36,139 bases of DNA from the IMG/VR virus record IMGVR_UViG_3300033145_000684, positions 1 to 36,139 of that record, one strand, 5' to 3'. How positions within the stretch are numbered: position 1 is the stretch's first letter; every line of letters begins with the position of its first letter. A model generated the notes under the pieces. That model had not been told where the DNA came from, ran no database searches, and was given only the letters and a program-made list of their open reading frames with translations. Shown in pieces: positions 15,094 to 23,748 of this stretch. Position numbers and translations under genes: made by a program. The stretch comes from a virus. Lineage: Duplodnaviria > Caudoviricetes.

Positions 15094-16317
15094 ATGAATG
15101 ACGCAGAAATTTACGATAAACGAACAGAACTTCACGGTGTAATTTCAAAGAATAACTTTGAATTTATCAAGACCGTCAATGAGATGACTCTTGGACATCT
15201 CAGGGAAGAATGGGTCAAGAACGTCAAGAAGAATAAACAGGCATGGCGAAAACACCAGAGATTAAGAAACCTATTAGGAATTGGCAAAAACAAGGCGGTT
15301 ATTGGTATCGGGTCGGGAGTGTCATTTAACAAGAATAAAGACGTACTAAAGAGATACGTTAATGCTGACGGTATAAAACCCTGGTCCGAAAGAGATTTTA
15401 TTACAATAGCTGCCAACCATCAATTCAAACCACTTTTAGAGATAGGAATTATTCCTGATTTTGTTTTATTGGTGGACGCTTCTGATGTGGTTATGGATCA
15501 GTTAAACAAAGACATCCCAAAGGAAGCAAGGGGTGTCCAGTTAATAACGGGTGTTCATGCACATCCGAAAGTCATTAAGGAGTGGGATAGGCAGGGTAGA
15601 GGAATTGTATTCTATACCACACCATCCTCTGAAATCAGGGATGTTGTTGAAAAGCATTTAAAGCGAGGAAAGAGACTCCATGAAATAGAGTTGGGCGGGA
15701 ACGTATTGAACGGTGCGTTTATGATTGCGGCTGGTGCGTTACAGTCAACTATTTTTATGGGTGTGGGTAATGACTTGTCGTTTGAGATTAACGATGATGT
15801 GGATAAACAACGCAATGGATATTATGCCGATGGTGATTATTCGAGTAACGCTGAAGTGACCGGAACCGGCAGAGACGAGGGCAAGTCAACAAAACGGTGG
15901 GCTGGTTTCTCATTAGAACGGAAACGAATCATCAGAATTGAAGAACCTATTGGTTCTAAAAAACGCTATGATTTTGAGCTTGATATTGTCGGTATGTCTC
16001 ACACTTTATGGGTGTATAAGATTTGGCTTGAATGTACCCTGATGGGTCAGACCAATCAGCCTGTTTATCTTCATTACTTTAACTGTACCGAGGGTGGAAC
16101 TCTTGGGGTTATGGCAAAAGACGATTCTGACAAAGCTATACCTGATCCTGACAATTGGTATTTTTTAGACGAAGTTTGCATTAACAAGCATACCGGAAAA
16201 CAAATGTATATGACCGCTATGTTAGAAGATGCAATTGAAATTTATTTAAAAACAAAAAGGAGTCAACAATGGCAACCCAGCCCAGATGCCCAGTATGCGG
16301 CTGTATTGGGAATGTAG
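15094..16317 (+). CDS. Maf/DUF115 (MAF_flag10) family protein, putative CMP-ulosonic-acid glycosyltransferase
   Basis: WVKNVKKN, AVIGIGSGVSFNKN (GxGPSL-like), LLEIGIIPDFVLLVD, GGNV..A..A, GVGNDLSF, FNCTEGG. Confidence 0.78.
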   Translation: MNDAEIYDKRTELHGVISKNNFEFIKTVNEMTLGHLREEWVKNVKKNKQAWRKHQRLRNLLGIGKNKAVIGIGSGVSFNKNKDVLKRYVNADGIKPWSERDFITIAANHQFKPLLEIGIIPDFVLLVDASDVVMDQLNKDIPKEARGVQLITGVHAHPKVIKEWDRQGRGIVFYTTPSSEIRDVVEKHLKRGKRLHEIELGGNVLNGAFMIAAGALQSTIFMGVGNDLSFEINDDVDKQRNGYYADGDYSSNAEVTGTGRDEGKSTKRWAGFSLERKRIIRIEEPIGSKKRYDFELDIVGMSHTLWVYKIWLECTLMGQTNQPVYLHYFNCTEGGTLGVMAKDDSDKAIPDPDNWYFLDEVCINKHTGKQMYMTAMLEDAIEIYLKTKRSQQWQPSPDAQYAAVLGM

Positions 16318-16463
16318 CATTAGGAGACTATTGCAAGAGACACCATCCCAACGCTGACGATGACGAAAAGAGCGTGTTTGAAGATTTTCCAAGTTCGTTT
16401 GATGGGGAATTTTTTCCCGGTGAGTTCGGTATAATGAAAGACAAATTTGGATATGAGCGATGA
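16269..16463 (+). CDS. Small Cys/His-rich hypothetical protein
   Basis: AAGGAG RBS; CPVCGC..YCKRH. Confidence 0.5.
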   Translation: MATQPRCPVCGCIGNVALGDYCKRHHPNADDDEKSVFEDFPSSFDGEFFPGEFGIMKDKFGYER

Positions 16464-16714
16464 GCGGAAAAGAGGTCATAGTTACTTTAGGTGATCGTAG
16501 AGGTTCGGGGTTTTGCCTCAAATGCGGCACGGATTTAATTCATCCGATTAACGACTATCAGTGTTGTTCTGAATGCACGACATACATAGAGCATTGCTTA
16601 CTTGAATTAAAGTACAAGAACCAACGAAAGAAGGGCAAGGTCGGGGGAATGAGGACTGTGGACAGACGCAATATTATGAGGCAGGTAAGACCTTTGGGGG
16701 TGCCGGTAAAATGA
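16460..16714 (+). CDS. Small zinc-finger hypothetical protein
   Basis: ATGA overlap; CLKC..CSEC. Confidence 0.55.
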   Translation: MSGKEVIVTLGDRRGSGFCLKCGTDLIHPINDYQCCSECTTYIEHCLLELKYKNQRKKGKVGGMRTVDRRNIMRQVRPLGVPVK

Positions 16715-17481
16715 AATGTGTGCTTTGTGGTGCTAATAAATATATACCGGCATCTGATTATTGTAAGCCGGACAAGTACGAAAAATGGGTGGGTTTAACT
16801 AAGATAGAACGATGCTGGAAACATTGTCTTCAGTGTGGGATGTGGCAGCAAGAACGCAATTATCCTTTAAGTCAACTGGAAAAGATTTACGAGAATGGTT
16901 ACAGACATCCTGATTTCAGGGGAGAAACTATCAAGGAAGCGTTTGACAGAATCATGGCAATTCCCGATAGCGAAAACGACACAAGGGTTAAATGGTTGAT
17001 CGACACCATGGGCGTTCCTGAAACAATGCTGGACATTGGTTCTGGTATAGGGGTGTTCCCTTACAGGATGAAAGAGGAAGGTTCTGCCGTGTGGTGTACG
17101 GAAGAGAATAATGACAGCTTAGAATTTATAAACAGTCTTGGCCTTAAATGCTTAAAAGGCATACCTGACTATGCGAAGTTTGAATTAGTGTCGTTGGTTC
17201 ATCTTCTGGAACACATTGAAGATCCAAGAACATTCTTAACAGGATTGCACAAGATTCTTCTGGCACATGGCAAATTATTCGTAGAGGTTCCTGATGCAGA
17301 AGCGTTTAACTGGCTTGATAAAGACCATGATGACTTTAATAGCTGTCATGTATGCTCTTATACTGTTTCGACCCTTTACGGCGTTCTGAGAGCGTCTGGG
17401 TTCGATGTAAGGGATATTCATAGGGTGTTTTACCCGGAACGTAAACTTTCAAGGATAATGGCAATATGTCAAAGAACATAA
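16711..17481 (+). CDS. Class I SAM-dependent methyltransferase with N-terminal Zn motif (Methyltransf_23-like)
   Basis: CVLC..CLQC, MLDIGSGIG, FELVSLVHLLEHIEDP, GKLFVEVP. Confidence 0.85.
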   Translation: MKCVLCGANKYIPASDYCKPDKYEKWVGLTKIERCWKHCLQCGMWQQERNYPLSQLEKIYENGYRHPDFRGETIKEAFDRIMAIPDSENDTRVKWLIDTMGVPETMLDIGSGIGVFPYRMKEEGSAVWCTEENNDSLEFINSLGLKCLKGIPDYAKFELVSLVHLLEHIEDPRTFLTGLHKILLAHGKLFVEVPDAEAFNWLDKDHDDFNSCHVCSYTVSTLYGVLRASGFDVRDIHRVFYPERKLSRIMAICQRT

Positions 17482-18119
17482 TGGCAAATATAGTTACTCG
17501 ACCTGATGGAACTGAGCTTGAAATACCATTATTAGGAGACAGGTTCAAGCACTTTGACTTACACGAAAATGAGCCGACATTGAGATTTCAGAAGATAAAC
17601 GGCTGGTCGATACTTGAATGTCTTGTGCCCATTATTTTGTTTTATCGGCCATACTGTATTGTAGAGATTGGTGCGGGTGCTTCCACAATTTACCTTGCGA
17701 GGGCTGCTGAAAAGTTCGGGGTGAAATTATACAGTTGCGATAAGTCACCGAGAAAGAACAAGGTCTATTTTAAAGACCATATATTTATTCAGAAGTTCTC
17801 ACATGATTTTATTGAGGAATTTGACGACATTCCTGCGGTTGTCCTTATAGACGCAGATCATAAGTATGAAGTCGCAAAGATGGAGTTTGACTTCTTCTTT
17901 GAGAAACTAATTCCCGGTGGGGTGATATTCCTACACGACACCATGCCGCCTGATGAGGAATACTTATCAGAAACGGCCTGTGCTGATGTGTATAAGTTAA
18001 GACAGGAATTAGAAAAACGTACAGACCTTGACTGTTTCACATGGCCTTACACGGCAGGATATATGGGTCTGACGATGGTGATTAAAAAAGATCCGGAGGG
18101 GAGATATTTTGAACTCTGA
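17466..18119 (+). CDS. Class I SAM-dependent methyltransferase (Methyltransf_24-like)
   Basis: IVEIGAGAST, VLIDADHKYE, LIPGGVIFLHDT. Confidence 0.85.
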   Translation: MSKNIMANIVTRPDGTELEIPLLGDRFKHFDLHENEPTLRFQKINGWSILECLVPIILFYRPYCIVEIGAGASTIYLARAAEKFGVKLYSCDKSPRKNKVYFKDHIFIQKFSHDFIEEFDDIPAVVLIDADHKYEVAKMEFDFFFEKLIPGGVIFLHDTMPPDEEYLSETACADVYKLRQELEKRTDLDCFTWPYTAGYMGLTMVIKKDPEGRYFEL

Positions 18120-18486
18120 AATAGCAAGAATACACCGTGAGGGGGTTGTGTCGGAGCTTGAACAATTAGGATTAGAGCTTGGTTCTAAATACTCTCAGGA
18201 ATGGTTTGAGGAAACCTGGAAAAGACACAAGGGCATTAAAGTGCCTGGTTTTATAGTCACAATAGGTAACGAAACAATGGTGTATGTTGACCAGAAGTAT
18301 CACAGGAAAGGCATAGGAAGCATCCTTATAGACGACACGACTGAAGTTTGGGTATTGGACGGTAATAAGATGGCAGAAGGGTTTTACAGTAAAAACGGTT
18401 TTTACAAAACTGAGACAGCAAGAAGATCAGTTATATTTGACCATGAGGTAGCTGAGAATCTTTGGAAGAAAAATGAAACTGATTAA
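18109..18486 (+). CDS. GNAT-family acetyltransferase (minimal)
   Basis: YVDQKYHRKGIGSILI (motif A) and N..AEGFYSKNGF (motif B). TTG start after GGAGGGG. Confidence 0.78.
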   Translation: MNSEIARIHREGVVSELEQLGLELGSKYSQEWFEETWKRHKGIKVPGFIVTIGNETMVYVDQKYHRKGIGSILIDDTTEVWVLDGNKMAEGFYSKNGFYKTETARRSVIFDHEVAENLWKKNETD

Positions 18487-19384
18487 CAAAGAGGTTCGCA
18501 TAGAGACAACGAATTTTTGTAACGCAAAATGCGTTATGTGTCCGAGGGACGAAATGACCCGCCCTAAAGTTACAATGGGGTATGGCCATTTCGCAGACCT
18601 TGTGGTTCAGGCATATGAGTTAGGAGCGAAACTGATAGCACCGTTTGGATTCGGGGAACCTTTAATAGATCCGACCATTGCCGATAAGGTAGCATTTTGC
18701 ACAAGGATGGGATTAGAGACATTCATCACCACAAACGGAAGTCTATTAGATAGAGATATGACAAAAGACTTAATTGATGCAGGATTAACTCACATTAGAT
18801 TCTCGGCGCATGGAACATACGGTAATTACGAAAAGGTTCACAAGGGATTGAAATTTACCAAGTTTATTGTGAATGTATCTAATTTTCTAACAAAACGAAA
18901 AGACTGCAAGGTAGATGTAACTGCAATGCCTTTGAATGGGGGAAATTCGGAAGAGATTTTAGAGTTCTGGAAAGGCAAGGTTGACGATATTGAAATCTGG
19001 AAACCTCATTCATGGGGAGGCGCAAAGAATTACAGGAACGGAAAAAGAAAGTTAAAAACCTGTGGGAGACCGAAGGTGGGCCCGGTTCAGATTCAGGCAG
19101 ACGGTAAAGTCATACCATGCTGTTTTCTTACAAATGGCGAAATCATATTGGGTGATACATACGAAAACTCAATTGAAGACATATTAAGGAGCGAGAAGTA
19201 TCGAGAATTAAAACGGAAGCATGATACGGGGGACTTAACAGGACTACCGTGTGAAACGTGCGACCAACTAATGATTCAAGACATTTCCCCATTGTTGTAT
19301 TCAAGCATTGACAACGAAATAAACAAAACAAGCTCAACGAAATTCAATTTATTGGAGGAACAAAATGGCATTAACATTAACTGA
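18473..19384 (+). CDS. Radical SAM protein with SPASM/twitch domain
   Basis: IETTNFCNAKCVMC (CxxxCxxC), GFGEPL, TTNGSLL, C-terminal C..IQADGKVIPCC..LG..PCETCD. Confidence 0.92.
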   Translation: MKLINKEVRIETTNFCNAKCVMCPRDEMTRPKVTMGYGHFADLVVQAYELGAKLIAPFGFGEPLIDPTIADKVAFCTRMGLETFITTNGSLLDRDMTKDLIDAGLTHIRFSAHGTYGNYEKVHKGLKFTKFIVNVSNFLTKRKDCKVDVTAMPLNGGNSEEILEFWKGKVDDIEIWKPHSWGGAKNYRNGKRKLKTCGRPKVGPVQIQADGKVIPCCFLTNGEIILGDTYENSIEDILRSEKYRELKRKHDTGDLTGLPCETCDQLMIQDISPLLYSSIDNEINKTSSTKFNLLEEQNGININ

Positions 19385-19652
19385 GAGATTTAGAGCTTCC
19401 ATGGGCAACAAAGCATGGAGAAACTATGAAATCATACAGTCAGACGGTACGCCACTGAGCGTAACCGCCGGGTCTATGGATTTAGACTACATAGAGGCTA
19501 TTATCGGCTGTGTGTGTAATCAAAGTATGCACGCTGCGATGTCCCTTGTCATTGAAGGCATGGCCCCGTCCATTGCTTCTGATCACAAAAGCATCCAGTG
19601 GACAAGTGCCGGCACGAACATGAAAACAAACATTACTGTAGTTGGGTGGTAA
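19365..19652 (+). CDS. Small hypothetical protein, possibly head decoration
   Basis: GGAGG RBS, MALT start, beta-rich, ends ITVVGW. Confidence 0.55.
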   Translation: MALTLTERFRASMGNKAWRNYEIIQSDGTPLSVTAGSMDLDYIEAIIGCVCNQSMHAAMSLVIEGMAPSIASDHKSIQWTSAGTNMKTNITVVGW

Positions 19653-19667
19653 AAATAGGGAGGTAAC

Positions 19668-20390
19668 ATGAGCTTAACAGTTGCCTCGGCTGCTCTTGAT
19701 ACTGCATGGGCGGAGTTTGGTGCAGTTGCTTATACGGCTGGCACACTTGCCGATGAGGACGCTTGTGTAACTGAAGTTGAGAGCAAGCTGCGGAGAGGTA
19801 CTTTAGGTGCCACATCTACGCCTACTGACACAGAGGTTAAGAATTGGCTTCAAATGGCAAAGCAGGAGTTAGCGGAGATACGTCAATTTACATGGAAAAG
19901 GCGTTATGTAACTACCACATTAACCGCGGGAGTTTACAGATATTCCCTCCCGCCTGACTTCGATGGGGGGCATATCAACATAAGGGATAAGACTAACAAT
20001 AGAAAAATTAAGGTCGTTAGTTCCCATGTGTTTGACACATTATGGCCTGACCCGGAAGAGGATGCAGGTAGTAGTGGTATCTTGTGTGCATGTATCAAGA
20101 ACCTTGAATTATGGCTTATGCCCACACCTGGGGCTGATGTAATTGAATTGGAATATGAACGCTCTGGTGATGACATAACCCCCACTGATTTTTCATGGTT
20201 GCCGGAGATTGAACGATTCCGGTGTTGTTATTTTACACTTGCTGAATCATTTGCATCCCTTCATCAGTGGGATGCCATGAGGCATTATCGAGGATTATGG
20301 GAAAAGGGTCTGGCTAAAGCCATAAAAAGTGACGGCAAGCGCAAGTGGTCAACAAGCGGCTATCAGGCAAGGAGTGTATTTCAGGCATGA
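19668..20390 (+). CDS. Head-to-tail adaptor protein (putative)
   Basis: WLQMAKQEL..W..TTTLTAGVYRYSLPPDF..LWLMPTP..IELEY pattern, and position before the nozzle gene. Confidence 0.7.
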   Translation: MSLTVASAALDTAWAEFGAVAYTAGTLADEDACVTEVESKLRRGTLGATSTPTDTEVKNWLQMAKQELAEIRQFTWKRRYVTTTLTAGVYRYSLPPDFDGGHINIRDKTNNRKIKVVSSHVFDTLWPDPEEDAGSSGILCACIKNLELWLMPTPGADVIELEYERSGDDITPTDFSWLPEIERFRCCYFTLAESFASLHQWDAMRHYRGLWEKGLAKAIKSDGKRKWSTSGYQARSVFQA

Positions 20391-21991
20391 TAAAATCATT
20401 TAAGATATTGCCGGTTTTGGGACGTAAGACCGATGTCATGGCAGATAACGAATCGTTATTCAGATTTATCAGTGAAAACATTGCCATGACCCATGATGTC
20501 GGAGGTATAAACTTCGACATAACAATCAAGGCAAACGCCTGCACCAAAACCAAAGGTTGTGTTAAGTGGGCTGGTTCTGCAACTGCCCAGGCAACTAAAT
20601 GCCTTGGCTTGTACGAATTAGTATCCGGCAGCACAAGGGATCATATCTTTTTTGATAATGGAAAGTGCTATATTTATGATGGAAGTCTTGACCCTGTGGT
20701 AAAAGAGGATGCTGGCACTACAACCTTTGCTACTGACAACACTGACATATATTCCATGTGTACTGTCGGGGCTTACATGGTGTTCGCAGACAGGGCAGAA
20801 CACACTCCCCAAAAGTGGAAGCATGGTGATGCTGCTTTAACCCCATTGATAGCTTCTGGAACCGAGTATAAGTTCAGATATGTAGTGCCATTTCAACGTA
20901 GAGTGTTGGGGTTATACTCCGATCAGGCAAATGGTGACATTGAAATAAGATGGTCAACGTCATGGCCTGGGACTGCAATTGTGGACTTGAACTATCCCGC
21001 TACTAATCAGTTATATGTTCCTAATGACGATTCTATAACTGGCGGGGCTATAATGGGGCATGATAGGTGTTATATATACTGTCAAAACTCCATACAGCAA
21101 CTTGTGTATTATCCTGATTATTCTGCACCGTTTAGATGTCACACCATGGTCCAGACTCAAGGTTGTGAGTCTCATCACAGCATCGTGAATTTGGGAGACA
21201 GGCACTATTTGTTTAATCGAAACTATGGATTTTGCGAATACAGGGGCGGCAATAACTTTCCCTATGGTGGACTGTCTATCTCTGACCCGATTGAGGACTT
21301 AATCCAAGGAATAGGTGCTGACTATTATGATCTTATCGTTGGTACGTTTATTCCCTTGACAAAAGAAATCGTGTGGACAGTTCCTCTTTATGCCAGCACT
21401 TCTCCGTCTCATTTACTGTATTACAACATAGAAACAAGGCAATGGCGAGTTGAAGACAGGTCCATGAGATATGTTGATGAATGGCGGCTTGTTGAAGACT
21501 ATACATGGAACGATTTAATAACCGATGCCGGTGGCGGGGCGGCAGATTGGTCGGGAGTGCAGGCTAATCCTTGGGCTTACTATGCTTCCGTGTATCAGAG
21601 ACTTGTTTACGCCAATACTAACGGTTATTTATACAACAGAGACAGTGACGGTATTGACGGTGCTAACCTTGACGGATATCGCATAGAACCTGCCATGCAT
21701 TTCGGAGAGGAATTTGAAAAGAAGTTTTTGCAGGAAATCTGGTTTGGTATAGCCAGATCGGGAAGTTTTTCAATAGATGTGTATCACAGAAGCGGAGACA
21801 CAATGGGGGAGTTAATTGACGAAAGCTGGACATCGTTAGGTTCTGTGTCATGTGATGATAATTCCAGACCCGTACTTCCTTGCAATAAGACCGCAAGATA
21901 CCATCAGATTAAATGGGGTACGGACTTAAAGGATGAAAGATTTAGAGTAACCGACATTGTTTTTAAATACAAAACCGGAAGTGATATATGA
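20387..21991 (+). CDS. Tail nozzle/stabilisation protein (P22 gp10/T7 gp12-like, putative)
   Basis: About 530-aa beta-rich protein after the adaptor; IRWS, QGCESHHSI, LLYYNIETRQW; ATGA overlap. Confidence 0.7.
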   Translation: MIKSFKILPVLGRKTDVMADNESLFRFISENIAMTHDVGGINFDITIKANACTKTKGCVKWAGSATAQATKCLGLYELVSGSTRDHIFFDNGKCYIYDGSLDPVVKEDAGTTTFATDNTDIYSMCTVGAYMVFADRAEHTPQKWKHGDAALTPLIASGTEYKFRYVVPFQRRVLGLYSDQANGDIEIRWSTSWPGTAIVDLNYPATNQLYVPNDDSITGGAIMGHDRCYIYCQNSIQQLVYYPDYSAPFRCHTMVQTQGCESHHSIVNLGDRHYLFNRNYGFCEYRGGNNFPYGGLSISDPIEDLIQGIGADYYDLIVGTFIPLTKEIVWTVPLYASTSPSHLLYYNIETRQWRVEDRSMRYVDEWRLVEDYTWNDLITDAGGGAADWSGVQANPWAYYASVYQRLVYANTNGYLYNRDSDGIDGANLDGYRIEPAMHFGEEFEKKFLQEIWFGIARSGSFSIDVYHRSGDTMGELIDESWTSLGSVSCDDNSRPVLPCNKTARYHQIKWGTDLKDERFRVTDIVFKYKTGSDI

Positions 21992-22704
21992 ATTTACCTC
22001 CACCGCCTGAACTTCCACCGGAAGATGCAGATGCACAAAAACTTCGTGATTGGATTAACGCCCATCACGACTGGATACTTTTGTTGTACGAGTTTTTAAA
22101 GTTTCCAGTATTTCCGGGTGGGCTGAATGTGGGAGATGCTACTAATTATTGTGGAATAGAAAACGATGGTACAATAGAATTTAATGGTACTGCTACAGTA
22201 TGGAAAGATCAGCAAGTTACCATAGGCCAAACCAAGTTTGCCGGAGTCAGTGACCCTACTTGGATAGCTTATAAGGGAGGCAGGGTATTAGCCTTTGCCA
22301 AAGCTGCCGATAACATACTTTATTTTACTGTTCAGTTGCAGCATGACTATAAAGCAAACAGTAATTTAGAGTTTCACATTCACACAGTACATCCTGATAC
22401 TGGTGCAGGTAATAGTATATGGCATTTTACTCATTCATGGGCAGATATAGGTAGCGACTTTCCTGCTGAAACTACTGTGAACAAGACAATAGCATCGCCG
22501 GTAGATGCCGATAAACATCAATTAAATTCCTTTAGCTCGACAATATCAGGTGCAGGTGCAGGGGTAAGTAGTTTTTTGTTGTGTTCCCTTCAAAGAGAAG
22601 GCACTGACGGTGCAGATACATATGATGATGTTATTTATGTAGTGGGGATAGATTTTCACTATGAAGTAGATACAGTAGGTTCAAGGCAAATAGCTACTAA
22701 ATAA
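21988..22704 (+). CDS. Putative virion protein with C-terminal beta-sandwich domain
   Basis: Pro-rich N-terminus; C-terminus resembles that of 23741..24445 (RxxxDxADT). Confidence 0.55.
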   Translation: MNLPPPPELPPEDADAQKLRDWINAHHDWILLLYEFLKFPVFPGGLNVGDATNYCGIENDGTIEFNGTATVWKDQQVTIGQTKFAGVSDPTWIAYKGGRVLAFAKAADNILYFTVQLQHDYKANSNLEFHIHTVHPDTGAGNSIWHFTHSWADIGSDFPAETTVNKTIASPVDADKHQLNSFSSTISGAGAGVSSFLLCSLQREGTDGADTYDDVIYVVGIDFHYEVDTVGSRQIATK

Positions 22705-22710
22705 TAGGAG

Positions 22711-23748
22711 GTGGTTCAAATCGCAGATCAACATAATCCCAATATCCCCGCATTAGGCAATAGTATAGCTTCTGATGTGGTGGATATAAAAGAGAACCTT
22801 GAATTTCACAAAGATTGCTTTGAAGCTATCTGTGAAGGATGGTCTAATGCTTCAGCAGCGAGCCTTGCAATTGGAACAGACAAAGTAGCAACGGCGGCTA
22901 TACAGGATGATGCAGTAACACAAGGCAAGATAGCCGACAACGCCGTTGGCAATGCCCAAATGCGGCAGGGCGCTGTTGATACTGATGAGTTAACTGATGC
23001 TGCGGTTGAGACAGCCAAGATAGCTGATGCAAATGTAACGCAGGCTAAATTAAAAACATCAACTGGAAGTGTAAATTCCGCTGATGATGATCTTGTTTCA
23101 AAAACCTTGCCCGGTGGAACATATGGTTTTTATCCACAGATTAAAATGTCAGTTGCCGCTGGTGGAGAATGGAAAGCTGCTATAACAGATAGTGGTGTTA
23201 CCGGATTTACATCATATACTACACATATTGCATTAGAAGCTCAAACGGGAGCTTATACTATTTATGCCCAACAAAGATATGTAACTTCATCCGGTGAGGT
23301 TCATTGGATATTTATTTTAAGGAATAAAGTTACTAAAGAGATTCTGTCTGTATGGCAAGCTCCTGATCATCCTTGTTTTGGTAATAGCGACAAACCATCG
23401 TTAAGACCCCATCCACATCTTGATTTTGATGAAGCTAAACACGAAATGATTGTTATAAATCCATCTAAAGAACAAGTCCTTGAAATGAAGAAAAAAACCA
23501 TTGTTGATTCTGAAACAGAACCGGATAAGGATTTAATTGAAGTAATTTTAGACGAGTATGACCTTGACGAAACAATCCAACCGGCTTGGCCTACTAAACC
23601 AGTAACAGTGGGATTGCCTCCCGAATGGGAAGAAAAACCTATAGGGGCAAATATAGTTCCAATTAAAAAAATAATACCAAGACCTGCTTATATAAAAACA
23701 GCGGGGTTGAAGATTAAAAAAGTAACACCAAATATGGGAGGTGGTTAA
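22711..23748 (+). CDS. Putative tail fibre protein
   Basis: 10-residue repeats (AVTQGKIADN/AVETAKIADA/NVTQAKL). N-terminus paralogous to the next gene. GTG start after AGGAG. Confidence 0.6.
   Translation: MVQIADQHNPNIPALGNSIASDVVDIKENLEFHKDCFEAICEGWSNASAASLAIGTDKVATAAIQDDAVTQGKIADNAVGNAQMRQGAVDTDELTDAAVETAKIADANVTQAKLKTSTGSVNSADDDLVSKTLPGGTYGFYPQIKMSVAAGGEWKAAITDSGVTGFTSYTTHIALEAQTGAYTIYAQQRYVTSSGEVHWIFILRNKVTKEILSVWQAPDHPCFGNSDKPSLRPHPHLDFDEAKHEMIVINPSKEQVLEMKKKTIVDSETEPDKDLIEVILDEYDLDETIQPAWPTKPVTVGLPPEWEEKPIGANIVPIKKIIPRPAYIKTAGLKIKKVTPNMGGG

Noticed and set aside
14716-15135. 139-aa minus-strand ORF and the other minus-strand ORFs in the track
   Set aside because: Nearly all lie antisense to well-supported + strand genes and lack motifs; treated as shadow ORFs.
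6944-19384. DNA hypermodification or host-derived O-antigen island
   Set aside because: No nucleotide-modifying or replication genes nearby and no Wzx/Wzy/Gtr membrane proteins, and the enzymes are interleaved with terminase, portal and capsid genes. Considered less likely, not excluded.
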